Assembly (NCBI GenBank): GCA_001563335.1 | Contig: LRSL01000087.1 | Span: 1-13,846, forward strand | Source of the DNA: Candidatus Thorarchaeota archaeon SMTZ1-45 | Lineage (GTDB): Archaea > Asgardarchaeota > Thorarchaeia > Thorarchaeales > Thorarchaeaceae | DNA: 13,846 nt | Reading direction: 5' to 3' | Shown here: positions 1 through 7,480 of the stretch, piece by piece | Layout: every line of letters begins with the position of its first letter | Position numbering within the stretch: position 1 is the stretch's first letter | Notes under the pieces: model-generated | The model's input: the letters and a program-made list of their open reading frames with translations, nothing else | Told to the model about the DNA's origin: nothing | Database searches by the model: none | Made by a program: the position numbers and the translations under genes

Positions 1-1
1 A

Positions 2-538
2 GCAAGTGTACTTGTTCTAGGTACAGGTCCAATCGGAATTTTGAGTGTACATGTTGCCAAATTGCGAGGTGCCTCTGTGGTCTATGCATCGGAAATACAG
101 TCTGCGCGACTCGAGATGGCAAGGAAGGCAGGTGCTGATGCTATCATTGACCCTTCCAAAGAATCGTTACCTCTTCGAGTTGAGAGTTTGACTGATGGAG
201 TAGGCGTAGATGTGATTGTAGAATGTACTGGTGCTCCTGGACCCAGCTCTGAATCTTTTCAGCTTGTTAAACGAGGCGGAATGATACTTGTTCTTGGCAT
301 AAGCGAGGAACCAGTAGAGGTAGATTTCATGAGAGGTGTTCTGAACGAGCTCAGCCTAATGTTTAGTTACCTAGGCTACCTGGAGTTTCCTGAAGCGATT
401 CGCCTTCTCGCAGAAGGTGTGATAGATCCATTACCAATGGTCACAAGAGTCATATCATTAGACCGTGTTGTGGAAGATGGATTTCAAGTGCTTACTCGTC
501 CTGATAATCAAGATGTGAAAGTGCTAGTGAAGATATAG
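2..538 (+). CDS. Zn-dependent medium-chain dehydrogenase (butanediol/sorbitol/threonine dehydrogenase-like), 5'-truncated by the window edge
   Basis: The frame is open from base 2 (ASVLVLGTGPIGILS..., a Rossmann GxGxxG motif upstream of the ORF-track start at 41). Also has GADAIID, GVDVIVECTG, GGMILVLG and the typical MDR C-terminal KVLV. Confidence 0.9.
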   Translation, partial: ASVLVLGTGPIGILSVHVAKLRGASVVYASEIQSARLEMARKAGADAIIDPSKESLPLRVESLTDGVGVDVIVECTGAPGPSSESFQLVKRGGMILVLGISEEPVEVDFMRGVLNELSLMFSYLGYLEFPEAIRLLAEGVIDPLPMVTRVISLDRVVEDGFQVLTRPDNQDVKVLVKI

Positions 539-553
539 TTGGAGGAAGATTGT

Positions 554-988
554 ATGAACAAAAGAATGGTTCTTGGATCAGATGAATACTTGAGCAAATT
601 CAAGGAGAAGATTAACAGCGATAAAGAATACGCTGAACTTGCCAGTAGTGTGGATGATTCCTATACACTTGTATTGCAGTCGGAGCCAGACAAAGGAATC
701 CAGGAAACAAGGGTTGTCGGTTTTGAGATTAAGGAAGGAAAAATGACAGATATCTGGACTGGGGAACGAGAAACGTCCTTTATTCTTAGTGCACCATATC
801 GTGTCTGGGTAGACATACTCCTTGGTAAAATCGGGGCAAATAGGGCATTCATTACTCGTAAGCTAAGTATCAAGGGAAACATGCCAAGGTTACTAAAAAC
901 TGCTAAAGCTACTGATAAGCTAGTAACCTTGTTACGTGAATTACCAACAGAGTTTCATGGTGAATACAAAAGCAAGTCATTCGGTTGA
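554..988 (+). CDS. SCP2 sterol/lipid-binding domain protein
   Basis: SCP2-type C-terminal motif AFITRKLSIKGNM (cf. AFMxGKLKxxGD) and N-terminal 'SDEY...KINSDKEY'. GGAGG at 541-545 favours ATG 554 over TTG 539. Confidence 0.85.
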   Translation: MNKRMVLGSDEYLSKFKEKINSDKEYAELASSVDDSYTLVLQSEPDKGIQETRVVGFEIKEGKMTDIWTGERETSFILSAPYRVWVDILLGKIGANRAFITRKLSIKGNMPRLLKTAKATDKLVTLLRELPTEFHGEYKSKSFG

Positions 989-1138
989 TTGTTAATCTAA
1001 AATATTGAAACCAACAGACAGTGGTGAATTTCAAGAGAGTATATTACTATCTATGCAACAGCCTTTCGCGTTTTCGAACGTTTCTTGCATACAGAGGGGT
1101 TCTTTTCTTTCTCTGAAATTAGAAAATAAATTGGGGAC

Positions 1139-2011
1139 GTGAATACGGTGACTGTTCTATCACATCCTGACAGAGAAGAGAGATCTTCTCACTTCCAGCA
1201 ATCCATAAAGGTACTCTCAAACCGACCAATTCGCTTGGCAGGTTCATTTTTCCTGCTAGCACTCGTTTTCAGAGTTGTCGATATATTCATTCTAGAGATG
1301 AATGAAACCGATTTTGGTATACTGCCTTCCAAAGTCATTCCAATTATTCTAATCCTTCTCTATCTAAGAAAAACTGGAAGAAATATATCGGAAATTGGTA
1401 TTCACAAAGGAAGTTTGGGCAATAATGTAGTCTTGGGGATTCTTGCTGTTCTTTTCTTCAACGGGATTTTGATTGGTGGGACTTTCCTGACGCTTGTAAC
1501 CCTTGGGTTCAACTCATACTTTTCAATCTACAAACTGGACTATCTTACATATGATCTTGTTTTTCAGACTGCAAACGCATTCATGGAGGAGATGCTCTTT
1601 AGGGGATTAATTCTTGTATGCTTTATGTCGGTAATGCGTCCAATAAGAGCCAACATACTCCAAGGATTTGTTTTTGGTCTATGGCATGTTGTTTGGCCTA
1701 TCAACTCCTATCTTGGCGGTCTTATCAATTTAGGAGCTGCTATTAGTTGGAGCCTTGAATATGTACTCTCTAGTATGTTGATTGGTCTACTCTTTGGCTA
1801 TATGTATCAAAGAACGAATAGTCTGATTGGTCCAATATTCTTTCATTTCTTTGTGAATCTCGCCAGCGTATATGTGAATGTGGAACCGTCCATTACTATT
1901 GTCAGATTGGCACTAGGAGCACTAGCACTGATATTGACTCTTATTGCAATAAGGTTCCTCACGAAGAAACATCAGATCATGATGGCAGATCTCAAAGATA
2001 CTAAGGAGTAG
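1139..2011 (+). CDS. CPBP-family (CAAX/Rce1/Abi-like) intramembrane glutamic metalloprotease
   Basis: Multiple hydrophobic helices with EEMLFRG (EExxxR), FGLWH (FxxxH) and HFFVN (HxxxN). The start codon is uncertain. Confidence 0.9.
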   Translation: MNTVTVLSHPDREERSSHFQQSIKVLSNRPIRLAGSFFLLALVFRVVDIFILEMNETDFGILPSKVIPIILILLYLRKTGRNISEIGIHKGSLGNNVVLGILAVLFFNGILIGGTFLTLVTLGFNSYFSIYKLDYLTYDLVFQTANAFMEEMLFRGLILVCFMSVMRPIRANILQGFVFGLWHVVWPINSYLGGLINLGAAISWSLEYVLSSMLIGLLFGYMYQRTNSLIGPIFFHFFVNLASVYVNVEPSITIVRLALGALALILTLIAIRFLTKKHQIMMADLKDTKE

Positions 2012-2020
2012 AAGTGAATC

Positions 2021-2275
2021 TCAAGGTTGGTTTTCTATATGGGGGAGCGTAGCTTGATCCCTTAGCCAATCAGGATGGACACCGATACTGCTCAAAAGTA
2101 TGTCACAGGGAAAATCAGTGCATTGGATACAATATGAGAGATTCCTCGCCTTTCTGCTACACTTGTATATATCACAATCTGGTCTGCTATCAGTTCCACA
2201 ACCCTTGCAAACTTTGTTCATATAATATCGACATGAACCACAGTACAATAGGCAAGGGATTGATAATCCATTCAT
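2021..2275 (-). CDS. Small Cys-rich protein, DUF3795-like (putative metal/Fe-S binding)
   Basis: Pattern CLLYCGSC...CKGC...CDIYKC...CIQCTDFPC; GGAGG upstream on the minus strand. Confidence 0.75.
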   Translation of the reverse strand: MNGLSIPCLLYCGSCRYYMNKVCKGCGTDSRPDCDIYKCSRKARNLSYCIQCTDFPCDILLSSIGVHPDWLRDQATLPHIENQP

Positions 2276-2304
2276 TCAAATAAGAGATCCTCCATAGATG
2301 TACT

Positions 2305-2604
2305 CTAAACTATCCTAAAGTATAACCGTTGTTCAAAACGCAGTTGGTTTGGATCAATCTCAAACTCAGTCAACCTGTCTAAATTCGCATAATAAAGTGG
2401 CATACGCATGTCCATCAAATTTGCTTGCCTCTTGCATAGCCGATACTTACGAAGTTGAGAGAGCGCATGAGCTACTGTTCTTGGTGCAAGATTCGATTTC
2501 TTAGCTAGCTGGTTCGGAGTCAGAGGACCTTCAGAAACCAATCTGTCTAAGACCAGTACAGCACTCCTTGCAAGCGTTCCAACTTTCAATATCATTAACC
2601 ACAT
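2305..2604 (-). CDS. Small archaeal winged-helix (MarR/ArsR-like) transcription regulator
   Basis: SAVLVLDRLVSEGPLTPNQLAKKSNLAPRTVAHALSQL helix-turn-helix followed by a wing with DMRxxLY. The start could be ATG 2604 or 2595. Confidence 0.85.
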   Translation of the reverse strand: MWLMILKVGTLARSAVLVLDRLVSEGPLTPNQLAKKSNLAPRTVAHALSQLRKYRLCKRQANLMDMRMPLYYANLDRLTEFEIDPNQLRFEQRLYFRIV

Positions 2605-2611
2605 CTAATTT

Positions 2612-2634
2612 TGTTACACTAGATTTGTGTAACA
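2612..2634. promoter_or_regulatory. Palindromic operator copy 1, TGTTACAC-N7-GTGTAACA
   Basis: Perfect 8-bp inverted repeat (2612-2619 / 2627-2634) just upstream of the minus-strand wHTH gene. Confidence 0.8.
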
Positions 2635-2657
2635 TATCAAAATAAATGTTATGATTA

Positions 2658-2680
2658 TGTTACACTAATCACGTGTAACA
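2658..2680. promoter_or_regulatory. Palindromic operator copy 2, TGTTACAC-N7-GTGTAACA
   Basis: Perfect 8-bp inverted repeat (2658-2665 / 2673-2680) with the same arms and spacer length as copy 1; abuts the putative trmB TATA box. Confidence 0.8.
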
Positions 2681-2683
2681 AAG

Positions 2684-2691
2684 TATTTATA
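2684..2691 (+). promoter_or_regulatory. Putative TATA box for the TrmB-family gene (probably leaderless transcript)
   Basis: TATTTATA lies 22-29 nt upstream of ATG 2713, and there is no Shine-Dalgarno before that ATG. Confidence 0.55.
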
Positions 2692-2712
2692 CAAACATAC
2701 AAACGTAGTCTT

Positions 2713-3543
2713 ATGATTGATGATCAAGATGAATTGCTTCGGGTTCTTTCAGAAGAGATAGGACTTACTCCCTATGAGGCACGAGCCTATGTAGCGGTTC
2801 TTTACTATGGGCCTCTTACTCCGAAAGGTGTGAATCAGAAATCAGGAATTCCTCGTCCAAGGACATATGATGTCCTGAATAGTCTAGTAGGAAAGGGACT
2901 GCTGATGGAACAACCTGGAAAACCTTCAAAATATCTTGCTGTTGATCCAAGTATTGGATTGAAGAAAATGATGGAAGATCTTGAAGCTAAGGCAGTTCGT
3001 CAGGTCAAGCAACAATGGGAATCTGTGGAAGGTCTTGTTTCATCGCTATCAGGCCCATATGCAATAACTCGTGATAGTAGTTTCGAAGAGGATGTCATTT
3101 GGGTCACACGACGAGACAGTGCGATGATTGCAAAATACAGCGAAGCTATAAAGAATGTAAAAAAAGGGTTCATAGTTGCAACGGCTTCACCCAATCCAGC
3201 AGATAAAGTTACTCTAGCAGCAGTTAGATATGCATTAAAGAAAAAGAAATCATCAAGAGTGATTCGAAACATCAACTCAAATTGGCCGAAGAAGGATCTT
3301 GAGGAGTACGAGGAATTAATCAAAATGGGTGATGACATAAGACACCTCGAATATGAAGGACTTACATTCGCAGTGTTCGATCAGAAGGATATTGTGCTGT
3401 GGTTGCCTCCATATCCTTCAACCCGCACAGTTTGGATCAAGCTACCACAACTAGCAAAGATTCTCATCAATCATTTTGAAACACTTTGGGAAAAAAGTGA
3501 ACCAGCTCAACCTTTGCTTCAAAGGTTAAAGGATAAGAAATGA
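2713..3543 (+). CDS. TrmB-family transcription regulator
   Basis: N-terminal GLTPYEARAYVAVL...SGIPRPRTYDVLNSLVGKGL...GKPSKYLAVDP, a coiled-coil linker, and a C-terminal effector domain (FAVFD...FETLW). Confidence 0.92.
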   Translation: MIDDQDELLRVLSEEIGLTPYEARAYVAVLYYGPLTPKGVNQKSGIPRPRTYDVLNSLVGKGLLMEQPGKPSKYLAVDPSIGLKKMMEDLEAKAVRQVKQQWESVEGLVSSLSGPYAITRDSSFEEDVIWVTRRDSAMIAKYSEAIKNVKKGFIVATASPNPADKVTLAAVRYALKKKKSSRVIRNINSNWPKKDLEEYEELIKMGDDIRHLEYEGLTFAVFDQKDIVLWLPPYPSTRTVWIKLPQLAKILINHFETLWEKSEPAQPLLQRLKDKK

Positions 3544-3562
3544 AATAAGAAGGCGGCAATTA

Positions 3563-4369
3563 TTGAAATTCGAATACTTCACTGATGAGGAATATCAGGA
3601 AGCTTTCGACCAGTTTGGTGGAATCAGGTCAGAGATAGCAGATTTTGTGTCAAAAAAACACACAGGTCATGTAAGAACCATATTGGATATACCAGCAGGT
3701 CATGGCTATCACATTGCTGAGTTCTCCAAGATTTACCCTAAAAGGCGCCTTGTTGCTGTGGGACTTCCAAGTGATCTTCCATCCTTCAGAGGATTAAGAA
3801 ACGCTAATGAATCATACCAGCAACTATTCAGAAATTTGGAGTATCTTTCTTGTGATGCAACTGAGTTGCCTCTAGAAAATTGCACATGTGACCTGGTCGT
3901 TAATTTTCTGGGGCTTGAAGATATTCGAATGACAAAAGGTGAAAGGGGAGTGATAACTGCTCTATCTGAAATGGTACGAATTCTCGGAAGGGAGGGCACT
4001 CTTCAAATAAGTCTGGTTGAGTATGGTGATCTCCCTGAGGAAAAAATTGCTGATGAGGTGTGGAAATCTATCGGACTCAACGCAGTATTTTTCCCTCGAG
4101 ATTGGTTTGTTGAAGTAATGCAGGAGCAAAACATGGTTTTACAGATTGAAGAGGTCTTCTTTTATCCCAGAAAAATGACTTCTCGTCAGGCAGCCGAGGA
4201 GCTTGAATTCGCTTGTGAGAACGCACCAAGAACTTTTTCTGTGTTTGGAGTCAGCGCAATAGGTTTTGAAGAGTTATGGGATAAATTTGGAGAGAGAATC
4301 GATAATCATGGAATGGCATATTGGTCGAGAATCAGAGTTCTTCTCTTCAAGCATGAAGATGATGACTAA
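3563..4369 (+). CDS. Class I SAM-dependent methyltransferase
   Basis: Motif I ILDIPAGHG, CDATELPLENCTCDLVV, and ALSEMVRILGREG. TTG start, 19 nt after the trmB stop, so probably co-transcribed. Confidence 0.85.
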   Translation: MKFEYFTDEEYQEAFDQFGGIRSEIADFVSKKHTGHVRTILDIPAGHGYHIAEFSKIYPKRRLVAVGLPSDLPSFRGLRNANESYQQLFRNLEYLSCDATELPLENCTCDLVVNFLGLEDIRMTKGERGVITALSEMVRILGREGTLQISLVEYGDLPEEKIADEVWKSIGLNAVFFPRDWFVEVMQEQNMVLQIEEVFFYPRKMTSRQAAEELEFACENAPRTFSVFGVSAIGFEELWDKFGERIDNHGMAYWSRIRVLLFKHEDDD

Positions 4370-4383
4370 ACTACTTCCATCCA

Positions 4384-4983
4384 TCACCAGGGTGTTGAGC
4401 TTCCAATCCAGCCAAACACAAACGCCCATACAAGTTGAATACCAATTAGGAAGTTAACAAGAGCTATTGCTTTTCCCATGCCAATATTGTGCAATTTCCA
4501 GAAACCTACAACATAGAGGTAACCAACCCATAAGCCAGAGATTAAGCCAAAGAAAGGAACCCAACCCAAGAGTAGCACTGGGGCTGTTGAGTAGATGGAA
4601 ACTTTGAAGGAATCATTTAATGACCCAGTCCCCTTCATCACCTTTGCGAATCCATGAAAAAGGACACCCAACAATGGGAACTTCAAGAAATTACCAAAGT
4701 ATGTTAGTACAGCTACCCAGAAGTAACGAGAAATTCCAGTACTGGATTCAAGTAGAGGTGCTTGCATAAAAGCACCCATCTGAGCATTGGTACCTGCATG
4801 AACAATATCTGATGGGATATGTAACCAGTTTACGACAGGCGTCAGTAAAGCTAATATTATATTGAGTATCAAGAAGAATCTGAGCATAGGCAAATAGCTC
4901 TTTTGACCTATCTCATTCTCGAATGCGGATTCAGGGTCAACTATGAATTTTACTGATTTTTTGAAATCTTCAGCCACTTGCAT
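4384..4983 (-). CDS. Yip1-domain membrane protein
   Basis: IVDPESAFE (hhxPxxxF) N-terminus, several TM segments, GTGSLNDSFKVSIYSTAP, GFWKLHNIGMGKA; GAGGTGA ribosome-binding site upstream on the minus strand. Confidence 0.8.
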   Translation of the reverse strand: MQVAEDFKKSVKFIVDPESAFENEIGQKSYLPMLRFFLILNIILALLTPVVNWLHIPSDIVHAGTNAQMGAFMQAPLLESSTGISRYFWVAVLTYFGNFLKFPLLGVLFHGFAKVMKGTGSLNDSFKVSIYSTAPVLLLGWVPFFGLISGLWVGYLYVVGFWKLHNIGMGKAIALVNFLIGIQLVWAFVFGWIGSSTPW

Positions 4984-5140
4984 TTAATCACCTCAATGAG
5001 TGGAATTGGATATATTGGATATGGCTAAATGAACATAGGTCTGTTTCGGTAAAAGCCAAGAGTCTTCGAAAAAATGATTATTCATTTCCTAGGTAGAATA
5101 CATCCCTTATCCTACCCAAAGCTAATTAGTCACCAGCCAC

Positions 5141-7147
5141 ATGGTCCGGTATAAGAATAGAGAGAGTGGTCACTTGGGCTTGAAAGAGGCTATTACAAAC
5201 TACTTTGCTACTCGTCCACGCGCAAAGAAAGTATTAGGAATTGCCACAGCCATTGCAGCTAATTTTGCTATGGTGGGATCAGGATCTGCAGTCTTAGCTA
5301 TTGCTGCGGGATCAATTGTTAAAGCCCATGAAGATGAACAGCGAATCCGTTCTGAGCAATTAATTGATTTCTTCAAAGAGGCAATTCAAGATCCGGCTGT
5401 CAGAGATTCGCTAAAAGAAGCAGTAAAAGAAGGTGGAATTGCTGTAGCCGTTCCAGTTACAACAGCGATTAATCAACTAGGCGCGTCTGTACCGGAAACT
5501 GGTCAATTCGTTGATACAATGAAATCAGATCTAACAGTCGTACTACAGGAATTAGGAATTCTCTATGAGATGCTGTCTTATTATGAAATACCAGATTCTC
5601 AGAGGCGGATTGTGAATGTGTGGCGACTGCCCCATTATCTTGATGATGTATTGGTGATAGAGGAGGCTAGAAGAGCAGTCATTGAGTCAGCAGTGAAAAA
5701 GGTGAATGAGGGAGAGAATGTCGTTATTTTGGGAGCCCCAGGTTCAGGAAAGACAACAGTACTATATGCCATTTGGAAAGAGTTGGATAAAGAAAGAGAT
5801 ACTGCACTTGTCTGGGACACAAAAGATGCGACCAAGACTCATGAGAAAGAAGGCGTAATTCTATTTAGTGATGATCTTCCTGAAACAAAGGAACTTGCAA
5901 AAGCTATAGTGGAGAAGGACATTCGAGGAGTCATTACAACTGCACGTGAACAAGAATGGTCCCGCTTTCCCATTGATTTGCGAAGTAAATTCGTTCCAAT
6001 CAGCCTCCCAAACATCTCTGACGAAGTAATGACGAAAATTGCTGAAAATCACCTTAAGAGTCAGGGAATCTTATATGTAAAAGGGGTGCTACCCGCGATA
6101 GTTGACAGTGCTCAAGGAAGTCCAATATATGTAAGATACCTTGTTGAAGAGATTAGAGCAGAAATCAAATCTGGGGCAATATCGAAATTATCGGTCAATC
6201 GTGTGAAGCAAGCACCAAAGGGAATGACCGACTATGTGGCAGGCATCTTGGCGCGCATCCTCTTTGAGCTAGATGGGACAATATACAGACCCAGGGCAGG
6301 GGCATTGCCGGTGATTAAGACACTGCTATGTTTGGCAGATCAGCCAAATTATGAAACACATGAGGTTCATTTGAACCAGATGTTTTTTGCTTTGAAGCAA
6401 CCATCAGACAGTCCGGGTCCTTTCAATGCATTCAAACAGTATCTTTCAAGAGACCCTCAGTTTTTCTCATTGAAATTCATGCATGATACACTTGCAGACG
6501 TTCTTCGAGGGAAAGTGGATCATCCAGTTGTGGGAGATATTCGAATGGTTGCACAAGAAATGGGAGTTTCAGGAAGACGAGAAATTGAGAGTAGAGCACT
6601 TGATGAAGGCTGGGAGCATGTCAAAGCAGAATATGAAGTGGATAAAGCTGGAGGTCTAGAACCATTACTCGCATATGCATATTTCTCAGCAAAGAATTTC
6701 GATATTTCGCGAATTGATGCTATTGCACTGACTCTTGCCAATCAACACTTGGAGAATCCACTCAGTCAAGGATTGTTTGCACTTACAGGACCAATAACAG
6801 AGAAGGAACTGGAAAAAGCTGTTGCAGATATTTCAGAAAAAGCCACGGATATGAAGGAAACATCAAAACAATCAACATCAGACCCACTTGAAGTCCCTAG
6901 GGCACCAAAAGACCTTGGAAGAATAATACAAGAACGTGTGAAATCAACACTTGGAGAAGAATTGGACAAGGAATTGTCAGAGAATCTAGCAAGCATAGGA
7001 AAGATTGACATAACTAAGATTATCGATGATGCCATGAAGGGGAAGAAATCTCCAGAACTTGAGAAATTAAAGGAACTTGGAGATTCTTTTAATAAAAAAA
7101 AGAGGAAGAAATCATCAACTGATGATGCTAATGAGGAAGAATCTTGA
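5141..7147 (+). CDS. STAND-class (NB-ARC/NLR-like) P-loop NTPase with hydrophobic N-terminal segment and charged C-terminal tail
   Basis: Walker A GAPGSGKTT (aa 198-206), Walker B VILFSDD (239-245), sensor VITTAR (264-269), GSP (326-328) and LKFMHD (MHD 447-449), in canonical STAND order. Confidence 0.78.
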   Translation: MVRYKNRESGHLGLKEAITNYFATRPRAKKVLGIATAIAANFAMVGSGSAVLAIAAGSIVKAHEDEQRIRSEQLIDFFKEAIQDPAVRDSLKEAVKEGGIAVAVPVTTAINQLGASVPETGQFVDTMKSDLTVVLQELGILYEMLSYYEIPDSQRRIVNVWRLPHYLDDVLVIEEARRAVIESAVKKVNEGENVVILGAPGSGKTTVLYAIWKELDKERDTALVWDTKDATKTHEKEGVILFSDDLPETKELAKAIVEKDIRGVITTAREQEWSRFPIDLRSKFVPISLPNISDEVMTKIAENHLKSQGILYVKGVLPAIVDSAQGSPIYVRYLVEEIRAEIKSGAISKLSVNRVKQAPKGMTDYVAGILARILFELDGTIYRPRAGALPVIKTLLCLADQPNYETHEVHLNQMFFALKQPSDSPGPFNAFKQYLSRDPQFFSLKFMHDTLADVLRGKVDHPVVGDIRMVAQEMGVSGRREIESRALDEGWEHVKAEYEVDKAGGLEPLLAYAYFSAKNFDISRIDAIALTLANQHLENPLSQGLFALTGPITEKELEKAVADISEKATDMKETSKQSTSDPLEVPRAPKDLGRIIQERVKSTLGEELDKELSENLASIGKIDITKIIDDAMKGKKSPELEKLKELGDSFNKKKRKKSSTDDANEEES

Positions 7148-7222
7148 TATCAGACAACCCACAAGGCGCGATGACACTGATAATTGAATAGTCCCTTATA
7201 GTCCGCTGGTTATTATAATATT

Positions 7223-7480
7223 ATGACAAAGAAGACCTATAGAGATGCTCAAGGGTATCTTCGATTCGTTGACTCAGGAAAGCTCGTCCATAGATGGAAG
7301 GCTGAGAGAAAAATAGGTCGAAAACTCCAACTTGGAGAAATAGTCCACCATGAAAACAAGATCAAGATAGACAATCGGTATAGCAATCTCAGGATTTTCA
7401 ACTCTCGAAAAGCTCACCAAGCATATCACATCAAAAGAGCATGGACAAGAGGTAGAAGAAGCAAAACTCTAAAACGCTGA
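7223..7480 (+). CDS. Stand-alone HNH endonuclease (phage-type, HNH_3-like)
   Basis: GYLR...VHRWKAERKIGRKL...EIVHHENKIKIDNRYSNL...HQAYH; very basic 85-aa protein. Confidence 0.88.
   Translation: MTKKTYRDAQGYLRFVDSGKLVHRWKAERKIGRKLQLGEIVHHENKIKIDNRYSNLRIFNSRKAHQAYHIKRAWTRGRRSKTLKR

Noticed and set aside
989-1138. 150-nt intergenic region as a possible ncRNA
   Set aside because: Only short weak inverted repeats and T-rich runs; no tRNA or riboswitch-like fold recognised.
2610-2682. Repeat pair as a mini-CRISPR or IS/MITE ends
   Set aside because: Only two units with a 19-nt gap, no cas or transposase gene, no evident target-site duplication, and the position fits operators.
3563-4369. Methyltransferase as ArsM because acr3-arsR is nearby
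   Set aside because: I could not match the ArsM cysteine pattern, and the gene is about 3 kb away in a different transcription unit.
7094-7111. KKKRKK resembling a nuclear localisation signal in the STAND tail
   Set aside because: It lies in a low-complexity charged tail encoded by an A-rich run, so it is expected by chance and has no functional support.
7145-7222. STAND and HNH ORFs share a reading frame, suggesting a fusion or read-through
   Set aside because: Several further in-frame stops (TGA, TGA, TAA) lie in the gap, and the HNH gene has its own TATA-like element.
7223-7480. HNH as an intron- or intein-encoded homing endonuclease
   Set aside because: It does not interrupt a host gene, and no intron structure or flanking repeats are visible.
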